Below, piece after piece: positions 14,116 to 23,695 of a DNA stretch of 64,000 nt (position 1 is the first letter of the stretch; the number at the start of each line of letters is the position of its first letter). The translations under genes were made by a program, and so were the position numbers. The notes beneath the pieces are model-generated. The model searched no databases, had not been told where the DNA came from, and saw only the letters and a program-made list of their open reading frames with translations. This DNA comes from Macrostomum lignano (taxonomy: Eukaryota). The DNA is taken from positions 1-64,000 of the forward strand of contig NIVC01000124.1 of NCBI GenBank assembly GCA_002269645.1, in the 5' to 3' direction.

Positions 14116-14298
14116 GTATTTAATAGCACCAATGCTTTTCTAAGTTAATTTCATGTAGCATTAGGTAAAATTTTTAATAATGAATATGGTTATTGTCACT
14201 ATGGATTTAGTACATGTGCTGCAGTATATTTATATTAATATGTATAATCCCTCTAATCGCCAACCCGCAGAATCAATTCGTTCAATCGCGTATTGCAT

Positions 14299-17200
14299 AT
14301 GTCTAAGGCTAGCAAACGTGCCAAAAAAAGTACGATAGTATGCCCCTACTGTGTTAGTAATGGGCCACAGAATCAGTTCAAGGGTAGCTTTGACGATTTT
14401 TCAATTCACCTGCTATCGATTCACCCGGCCAATGCTCACAAACTGGAAACTATTCGTCGTTGGCACCAAGCCAAATTGGTTGATAGTAAACTATGCAAAT
14501 TTTGCGACAGGTTCGAACTGAATCTAATTGCGCATTATCGATCTGCTCATCTGAGTCAGTTTGCCCAGCAGAAATCTGTTCTTACTGGAAAACATGCTAC
14601 TAAAACTGCCAGACTGAAAGCTGCTCAACGTATTGACGAGCTTCGAGCATATATATTTGATGATAAACCGTTGCCACCATATCCGCCGAGTAGTGAGGTT
14701 ACTAATGGTGAGTTTAGTTGCTATTTTTTATTATTTAAGTGTTTTCTATATATTTCTGCTATAAGTAAATTAGTTGACAAAAAATCAGTAATATTAATTC
14801 TAGACTGCAGTATTTTTCTATTTCTACTATAAGTAGAATAGTTAATAAAATCAATTTTATTAATTTTATACGTACAATATTTTGTTATTTTTACTGTAAG
14901 TATAGTGTCAAGGAAATGCTAACTTTAATCTATCTGTACCTTTATTTATTTTATAGATTTTTTATAGATCAAAAATTATTAAACGAAATTTTCGCCTCAA
15001 ACGAAACCACTTAAGCATTTTGCTTTTTGCTTCTAACACACTCAACCCATCTCTATGGTAAACAAACATTAACAAGTCTAAATAAATTGTCATATAATTG
15101 ATTGCCTACGCAGGCCCCAACATCCCGTCAACCTCGGCTGTTTCGACAACTACCGCTGGTCTGTCGTTCTCCCAGCAGCAGCAGCGGCCGCCACGGCCAA
15201 TCCAGCACAGAATCTATATCAACTACGACGAGGATAGCAGCGGCGAAGAGAACGATTGTAGCGTCGTTATGGGCGATAATTTTGCCAACAATAACGGTAT
15301 TAGCAACGGTCTGCCTGCCATAGACCCTGCTGTGGCTGCCGCTGCCGACTCACTGCTGCATCCGGCTGTGCTGCCCAATGAGCTGACATTTTTTGAGCAC
15401 GTGGCCACTTTGTTGAAACCTACAGCTCTGCGCCCTACACGACTGCACGGCATGCTGCCGCATAGGAAAACTGTGAATCTGCATTCAAATAATTGCTGCT
15501 TACAGTATCCTTGTTTTCTAATCTCTTATTGTCTTTTGTAACGTGTCTCTTAGCACCCTTATTGTCTTCTCAATATTTCTCCTCTCCCTTCCCTGTTTCC
15601 CTCTCTCTCTTTCGCTGTCTCTCCCCTCTCTCTCCCCTGTTTCCCCTCTGTCTCTCCCCTGTCTCTCCCTCTCCCTCCCCTGTCTCCCCTCTCTCTCCTC
15701 TGTCTCTCCCCTCTCTCTCTCCCCTGTCTCCCCCTCTCCCTCCCCTCTCTCCCCTGTCTCTACCCCTCTCTCTCCTCTCGCTTCTCTGGCTCTCCCTCTC
15801 TTTCCCCTGTCTCTCCCTTGCCTTTCTCCCTTCTCCCTCCCCTTTCTCTTCTCTTTCCTTCCTCTCTCTCACTGTCTCGTCCCTCCTGCCTTCTCCGGGC
15901 TATCTCACAACATAGTTCATCTCAAATTACCAGGCGTTCCCTGTCTTCATTTTGTTATCTTAAGTAGTAAATCTTCTCTACTTAACCTCTCTTTCTCAAA
16001 TTAATAGGCTTTTAATCTCACTATAACCTGAATATAATTTTTAACCCTTAACAATTCTCTTTCCATGCTAGGCGTCGTGCCATATGGAGTTCTGCCTCAC
16101 ACAACAGCAGGCGGAGTCCGTGGCTTTGATGCGCACCAGAGATCCAACCACCGGCCGGTCAGTTAATGGCATGCAAATTCTGTTGCGCTGTTTCAAATCC
16201 GAGTCCGGACCGCAGGCCGATTCGTTTCCGCATTGCGTCAGCTTTTTTGTCAATAATCAGCCGGTACTGGGACTGCCCGACCCGCTGCCTTGCCGGTTTT
16301 CCGGCGCCGATCCGATTATACCAGGCGCGCCTATCGATATTTCTGGTAGGCTGGCAGCCCTGCCGACGAATGATTTCTGAATACTTTGCGAACTGAATTA
16401 ACTAAATCATAGAATGCACAGGGGCGTGCGGGGAATCCCCATTCAACCCTAGAGTGTACATTGGTGTCAGAGAATCCCCAGTTGACCATAGCATGTACAT
16501 TGGCGTGCAGGGAATCCCCAATCAACCGTAGAGTGTTCATTAGTGTCAGAGAATCCCCAGTTGACCAGCATGTACATTGGCGTGCGGGGAATCCCCAATT
16601 AACCCTAGAGTGTACATTGGTGTCAGAGAATCCCCAGTCGACCATAGCATGTACATTGGCGTGCAGGGAATCCCCAAGCAACCGTAGAGTGTACATTAGT
16701 GTCAGAGAATCCCCAGTCGACCATAGCATGTGCATTGGCGTGCAGGGAATCCCCAAGTAACCGTAGAATCTACATTGGCGTGCAGGGAATCCCCAAGTAA
16801 CCGTAGAATCTACATTGGCGTGCAGGGAATCCCCAATTAACCGTAGAATGTACATTTGCGTGCGGGGAATCCCCAATTAACCGTAGAATGTACATTGGCG
16901 TGCGGGGAATCCAAATCAACCGTAGAATGTACATTGGCGTGCGGGGAATCCCCAATTAATCGTAGAATGTACATTGGCGTGCGGGGAATCCCCAAATCAA
17001 CCGTAGAATGTACATTGGCGTGCGGGGAATTCCCAAATCAACCGTAGAATGTACATTGGCGTGCGGGGAATTCCCAAATCAACCGTAGAATGTGCATTGG
17101 CGTGCGGGTCCGCAATCAACCGCAGAATAGAACCTTTAACACATTCACCCGCAGGTCTCTGTCGAGTTGGCAATTCTGCTATCAATCGTCTGCGAGTGAG

Positions 17201-18047
17201 CTGGCTACACCGAATCCTGGGCGCCGGTCACTGCCTGTCAATCACTCTGGCTCGTGTTGTCACGCCCAACGAGCTCACTAAGCGGTTGCTATCCAGTTCA
17301 AATAAAGTTCGCTCCGTCAGCGAAACTCTGCAACAGATTCGTCAACTGCTACTTATTGACGATAATAGCAACGGAGCGGATGCGGCTGTTGCCATGACAA
17401 CGCTAACCGCTTCGTTGCGCTGCCCGTTGTCGCGAACCAGAATCGAGCTTCCAGTTCGCGGCCTTGATTGTCGTCACGTGCAGTGCTTCGACGCCCGGAC
17501 CTACTTGTCGATGAACGAGCGGAAGTCCACCTGGCGGTGCCCCTGCTGCGACCGGCCCGCCCCATTTGCCAGTCTTCGCGTCGACGCTCACTTCCAGTCA
17601 GTGCTTGCCGACGCCCCTGTCAACGTTGACTCCGTGCGTTTCCTAGACGACGGCACCTGGCAACCGATTGAAGATTCAACACCGACTGTTGGCAGTTCCG
17701 AATCCAGCGTAGCAGCGCCGGTAGGCAAGTCTAGCCTGGTGATTGACAGCATCGCCATTCCCGACGATGAAGATAGCAATGTTGAGAAAAAGGGTCCAAG
17801 CGTTACGAACAACAACAATAACAACAAGAACAACAATAGCAACAACAACAAGAACAAGCAGTCAAAGCGGCATGACGCATCAAAGACGCATCATGAACAT
17901 CAGGCTGTCGCTCCACCAGCGGCTAAGCGAGGCCGCTTAAGTGAGCCCAGCCTTGGCAACAGTCACCATCGGCGACGAGCTGCGAGCTCGGTGGAGCAGC
18001 TGCAGCAGCATGTGCTAACCGTGGATCTCACTGGCGACTCCGACTAA
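14299..18047 (+). CDS. PIAS: PIAS/Siz-family SUMO E3 ligase paralog 2 with two N-terminal C2H2-like zinc fingers, ~644 aa
   Basis: Exons 14299-14707, 15114-15472, 16072-16345, 17155-18047 join with phases 1,0,1, the same pattern as paralog 1. CPYC-x18-H-x4-H and CKFC-x9-H-x4-H; LTFFEHVATLLKPTAL; QADSFPHCVSFFVN...PIDIS; SLRCPLSRTRIELPVRGLDCRHVQCFDARTYLSMNERKSTWRCPCC; C-terminal SIM VLTVDLTGDSD. The 15473 donor (GTGAAT) is the weakest junction. Confidence 0.82.
15545..15890. repeat. CT-rich low-complexity tract, PIAS2 intron 2
   Basis: Almost pure pyrimidine run. Confidence 0.95.
16405..17125. repeat. ~41-bp minisatellite (GAATGTACATTGGCGTGCGGGGAATCCCCAATTAACCGTA), PIAS2 intron 3
   Basis: About 17 copies filling intron 16346-17154. 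Confidence 0.95.
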
Positions 18048-18144
18048 TTAATTCTTATAAAAATTTTTCTTTAAAATATTCAATGGATTGCATTTGACGA
18101 ATATGGCTTATCAATTTGTGTTTACCAACACTTGACCCGCTAAA

Positions 18145-18595
18145 GAAGGTTACCTTGACAAGAATCGCTAAGGAGTCATTGCGAACAACTCACTAGTGAG
18201 TCTTGTTTACTTTTTTACGACTCAAACCACTGTCACGCGAGTTGCAGAATCGTTTAAATAGTCGCGTAAAAGTCGTCCAACAGTCGTTGTGTTGGCGCTT
18301 ATCTTTCTACTGACTTAAGCAGACTAAATAGAGTTGTTATAAATATTCATTAAGTGACGCAGAAGCGTTTTAGACGCATCTCGAAGATTTTACAGCGACT
18401 CCGGTACGCCTCAGATACAACTATACGGCCCCCAGAGTCCGTTCTTGAGTCGCAGACAATGAAACGCCTCAAATTTAATCCTAGGCGACTCTTTTGACGC
18501 CTTTCACCGTGGCATCTCGTCGTTTTAAAGTCGTCTAGAGTCGCTTCTTTCCTATTTTACCTGTGTTATCTGCAACGAATCTGGGGCGACGCAAA
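18145..18595 (+). repeat. Interspersed repeat related to 6125-6490, abutting a MITE insertion
   Basis: See shared blocks listed for 6125-6490. Confidence 0.75.
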
Positions 18596-18892
18596 CATAC
18601 ATGCGCAACCTCCAAAATTCGGTCGACCATGCGACTTAGTTTTAACAAAAATGTGACGTAGTTTTTGGCCAAAAATGCAACTTACATGTAATAAAAACCC
18701 TAAAGCAAAATTAACGCAACTTTGGGTAAACGGCAGGAGTATTTATGAATGTCTTATTAGGTCAAAATGCCTCGTCAGCTACTTAGTACTACTTAGGTAT
18801 TTTTTTCGGGTGGGCATTTTTGCGACTTCCTTGATTGGCTGCCAAATCGGTCGGCCGGATCGGCCGACTCGGCCGACTGTTGCGCATGTATG
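18596..18892. mobile_element. 297-bp MITE, 14-bp TIR, 8-bp TSD (hAT/P-like size)
   Basis: CATACATGCGCAAC ... GTTGCGCATGTATG; perfect TSD GACGCAAA at 18588-18595 and 18893-18900. Confidence 0.9.
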
Positions 18893-19650
18893 GACGCAAA
18901 TGACTCTGAAACGCAATTCTTGGCCCATAGTTACCGTTCTTATCGGTCTATCTTGAACTATTGAAGTAGGAATTATTGAATAATTATTATAACCAAACTG
19001 ATTGTAACAAGTGCATTTTTGCTGTATTAGCCAAACTTTCAGATGTGAAGTATGAAATGGAATAATATATATACTCGTGTTAGTAGTATATGTAAGTAGG
19101 TATTGATCGCTTTAACTTTGTACTTTAATATTTTTGTTCGAACACTGGTAGCACTATCTGTGCTAGTGGAAGGCTGTACTATTTATGTCCCCCATTTACA
19201 TGTACTTGAATTACATACCGATGATCACATTTAGATTGTTCATTTTTAGAAGTAAAAAAATTAAAAAAGAATTCAGTTTAACCAGTTCATCTGGTCTCCA
19301 ATTCATTGTAACAATTCAAACTTATTGTAATATTGCTGTGCCTATAAATATATTAGCAGCAATTCTCTCCTTGATAAAAAGGCAAATACAATCACGCAAT
19401 AAAAAGCAAACAAACAAGTGCGTGAAACTACTTTTTGAACTAGTTGTCCAACTTTCAGTTGTAGTACACTCACTGTTTTTAATATTTTCTTACTATTGTA
19501 TAAGTTTTGTTACAACTAATAAGGTAATTGTTATATCAGTAAAATAGAAAAAATGGTATAAATGAACATTTATTGGTATTTATTTCAAAGTTATATTTTT
19601 AAATAAAAGTACATTATAGTCGTAACTTGTTAAGAAATTATTTCTTAGCG

Positions 19651-20125
19651 TCTGTCAGCCAGTTCAGTAGATCATGGACCACTAGTCACTACTACAGGTG
19701 TCTGTCAGCCAGTTCAGTAGATCATGGACCACTAGTCACTACTACAGGTGTCTGTCAGCCAGTTCAGTAGATCATGGACCACTAGTCACTACTACAGGTG
19801 TCTGTCAGCCAGTTCAGTAGATCATGGACCACTAGTCACTACTACAGGTGTCTGTCAGCCAGTTCAGTAGATCATGGACCACTAGTCACTACTACAGGTG
19901 TCTGTCAGCCAGTTCAGCAGATCATGGATCACTAGTCACTACTACAGGTGTCTGTCAGCCAGTTCAGCAGATCCTGGATCACTAGTCACTACTACAGGTG
20001 TCTGTCAGCCAGTCCAGTAGTTCATGGACCACTAGTCACTACTACAGGTGTCTGTCAGCCAGTTCAGCAGATCATGGATCACTAGTCACTACTACAGGTG
20101 TCTGTCAGCCAGTCCAGTAGTTCAT
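19651..20125. repeat. 50-bp tandem repeat (TCTGTCAGCCAGTTCAGTAGATCATGGACCACTAGTCACTACTACAGGTG)
   Basis: About 9.5 almost identical copies, period exactly 50 (19651, 19701 ... 20101). Confidence 0.97.
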
Positions 20126-20247
20126 GCATCATGGATGCTCTGACTTAATCTGGACAAGTACCCCATGAGTCTGAGCAGTTTGTTTGACGAGTGATATAAT
20201 CGTCTATCTGATTCAATCATCAATTTTTATCGACAGAGGGGACGATA

Positions 20248-21097
20248 ATGGAGAAATGGACTGGGTGGTTGGCTGTCTTACCTGCGATAGCTTTTGCTTG
20301 ACTTGAGCACCTGCATCCTCCAGCGCACCTGTCTGAGCGGACCCTCACTTGCCCGGCTATCTCCATTCTGCAGTGCGTCTTTTCGAGTCGACTGCAAAAT
20401 CTGCCTGGCATTGCGGTGGTCCAATGGAACTCGCGAACTGACACCTGTTTGCTCTTTCTATTCAGCCGAGTCTGCCACCTGCTCAACCTGAGCAGCCCCG
20501 CTGACGGGCCGTCAGACGAGGCCAACTCGTGCCAGCTTGTTGTGGACTCCGAGCTGGACGTTCTCACTGTCAATCGGCACTTTGCCGCCGTGTGGCTCGG
20601 AGGCAGGGGCGAGCAGCTTGAGAACCTCGTGTGCAGCGATGGCGGACAGAAAAAATGTCATCGAGCACACCGGATGGACGCGCGGCCTGACATCCGGGAT
20701 GTGGGTAAGCGACACCAGCGGATTCGACTTCTCCAACAGCTTCACATTTCTAAATGGAGCTGAAGAGGCAGCCGAAGTCGAGCGCCTTGATCGAGCTCAC
20801 CGACTGCAACTCTTACTCCTGGGCTTCGCAACACTTCTGGGAATGGGACCCACTCGAGATGACTCGCAAGCTCTACATTCAAACTGGGCAACACTGGAAC
20901 TTTTTCTCCACTATCCAGCAGGTGCTCCCAGTCCGAAGCGACCAGTTCGTCCGAGTCGGGTCGATGACCATCATGAACAGGACCCGACTGTGTTCCTCGA
21001 TGGGTCCTTGATTCCCGACAACCAAGTGTCTATCCGCGACGGAGACCACTTCAAAATCGACAACTTCTGCATGAAGATCGGTTGTGGCGTCAGCTGA
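20248..21097 (+). pseudogene. Disabled (or mis-assembled) single-exon orphan gene, ~280 codons
   Basis: Acceptor-like ATCGACAG at 20236, then ATG 20248; in-frame TGA 20299; the GC3-rich frame switches at ~20653, ~20753 and ~20988, ending VFLDGSLIPDNQVSIRDGDHFKIDNFCMKIGCGVS*. Family not recognised. Confidence 0.5.
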
Positions 21098-21859
21098 CTG
21101 GCTTGTTCACCAAAATCAACGGCACCGTGAATTAATGCTGGACGTGTCCATGCAACTTCTACCTGACCGCCGATGTCATCAACCGGCTGTTTAACTAAGT
21201 ACGTGAACAGATCCTGGGCTCGTAATTGGACTAAGAAGAACGTTTTTAGGCTGGGACGGAAGCACTGTGACCAAATGTTGCAAAGTCAAATTGAGTTAGC
21301 AAGTACATTTTGTAGCGAGATGCCCCAAATTTCCTGAGTTGTTTAACTATCAATCTGACAATTCGTCTTCATTTTTTTTTTAACTCATGAACGAACTGGC
21401 CGTCAATATACGAAGCAATTGTTTTGTTTTAGTTGTTGATCCAGGATGTATGCAGAAGACAAAAATACGACTTTTAAGGGAGCTATTTGTACAAATCCTG
21501 AGATGTGATAGAATGTGTGTCTGCTTTTGTGTTTGAGTTTTGTGATATAACTCCAAAGTGGTTATATCCCTGTTTTATAGCAATCTTGATATAGTTGCAG
21601 ACAGACAAACAAAAGATTATCGTTGCTCTTTTAGCTCGTAAATGTTCTTTTACATTTCCTCTTTTAAATTAGGGCAAAGAATTCCCCTCATTCTATTGTT
21701 AAACCTTTAACACACATTTGTCTTTTTTTCTCTTAATTCTCGTCAAAATTTTGTTTATTAAACTTTTCTTTAAAAGATCTCTCTTTTATACATATTCTTA
21801 AGCTATAGGCCTGTTGGAAATATACATAGTATGTACAGTAAAGCTCTGTGACTCACAAA

Positions 21860-22760
21860 TTTAACTCAGCTTTCAATTCAATTCATCAGAGCCAGAATCT
21901 ATCAGATGTTGAGATGTTCTCGTATCTCCAAAGCTGCTTTAGAGGCGAAAGAGAAGTTGTGCATTGAGAACCTGCAATTTACAGCTTGCGATTACCATAC
22001 ACACTACCTGCATGGGAGCTGCTGGAGGACCGGTACAGATCGATAGACAACTTAGTCCAGCACTTTATGAAGACGCTCCAGGCAGCTCGCTGTGTGCATG
22101 GATCAGATTAAAAAAACATAGCCTTCCGAGCTTCTGCAGACCCCTGTGTGGGAATATACGAAGTTCTGCTAATGCCTTATTTTGAATTGCCAAACAGCCC
22201 CGCTCTGTCTGAGAATATGTAACTGCGCTGAATTCTGACTTCCACCAGGACTCAAATTAGGGCCAGCTACGGATCGAGTGGACGCAGCTGTCAACTCTGC
22301 TGCTATCCTCAAATAGCTCCTCCGCAGCTTGAGCGGCTCTCCAGCTCAAACATATATACCCAAGGAAGTGCTGCCTTGCATGACGAGTTAAAACTACATC
22401 GCGCTCGCTGTGTCACGTGGTGCACGCAGCTTCTTTCCTGGACAGGCTGGCAAGGAGCTCCGGCCGGGTGAGCACAACTTTTTTGGAGAGGCGTCTGTTG
22501 CGGAGTTTGACCACTCTTCAGGGTCAACTCTTCGTTACACTAAAGTAAAAATCAGGTAAAAAAGGTGTTGTGTCACAGTACACTGAGCTTGCATTGATCA
22601 ATGTTCAAAAGGCTTGAACGCGTATATTATTATGCAAAGAAAATGCATGGTCGAATACATCTCCGTTTTATACTGGAGGAGGCTCTTGAAGATTTGCGCG
22701 ACCACTGCCGCCTCAACTGCTCCGCAATTGTTTATGAGCATGCAGTCTGACGCCAATTAG
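21860..22760 (+). mobile_element. Decayed BEL/Pao LTR-retrotransposon gag fragment (DUF1759-like)
   Basis: FNSIHQSQNLSDVEMFSYLQSC / EAKEKLCIENLQFTACDYHT / AWELLEDRYRSIDNLVQHFMKTL resembles the BEL/Pao gag pattern LSDxQKFxYLxSxLxGEA...AWELLxxRY; many stops and frameshifts downstream. Confidence 0.65.
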
Positions 22761-22983
22761 TGAATCGGGTATGTTATGCTTTCATCCTCACCTCAATTGC
22801 GCATTCACCTTCATCGAAAAATAAGATTCCATGCAGTGTCTGCTGGCCGTCGGCTACGCTATGATGCGATTTACAATGATGACGCTATTGGGACATGCAT
22901 GTGGCTGCCAGACTGCGAGAGCTGCTCCTCGCGCGGGGCGCTGGTCTGTCTCAAGTTAAGCTACAAAATGTAGCTACCAGCAG

Positions 22984-23695
22984 TAGAATGCATGAGGGGG
23001 CTTCTGGGACAAAATTTTTAACGTCCTCCATAATCCCATTAAATCCATCCATATTATCCCTGACAGAATCAGAAAAAAGGGGGGTCGCACTCGCTCACAA
23101 AACGTCCTCCATAATCCCATTAAATCCATCCATATAATCCCCGACAGAATCAGAGCATAACCGGTGTCCTACTGTTATGCTCAGAGCATAAACCCTCTGA
23201 GCATAACAGCTCCAAATCCACCCATAGCATCTTCGAAACAATCAGAAAAGAATTTGCATTCTTCTCCCCACATTCAATCCGCAACGCGAAACCAGATCCC
23301 TAAGACTTTAAATCATCACCGCAGGGTGCTCATCCTTTGAAAAAAATTAAATTCTTCATAAAAATGTTTCTAGTTGTCTCTCCAGGTTCTTATTACAAAG
23401 CGCACGAGCCTAATTACAAGAGTAAAGTACCAATGCAAACTTGAATGCAGCGAATACATGAGAAAATATTGACCCGGCGTTGATATCAATGTCCCTAATA
23501 TTAATCTAGCTCCAAAGACACTGGTTTCATAAGTATGGAGTACCCTACGTAAAAGATTACGACAGCTACTATAACTTTGCAGAAATCATTAGGCAATTGT
23601 GATTTCTTACATTCTCTCAATGATAATATGGATGGATTTAATGGGATTATGGAGGACGTTAAAATTTTGTCCCAGAAGCCCCCTCATGCATTCTA
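22984..23695. mobile_element. ~712-bp non-autonomous TIR element with ~75-bp TIRs
   Basis: 22984-23058 is the reverse complement of 23622-23695 (one 1-nt indel); flanking direct repeat CTACCAGCAG; internal duplicate of the subterminal block (~23101-23150); 15-bp-stem hairpin 23172-23209. Confidence 0.9.

Noticed and set aside
18675-18956. 93-aa ORF, and the 73-aa ORF at 3672-3893
   Set aside because: Both lie in the non-coding MITE copies and show no transposase motifs.
19651-20125. CRISPR-like regular repeat
   Set aside because: Units are contiguous with no unique spacers, there are no cas genes, and the context is eukaryotic.
20299-20301. In-frame TGA as selenocysteine or read-through
   Set aside because: The same ORF has three frameshifts and I saw no SECIS; decay is simpler.
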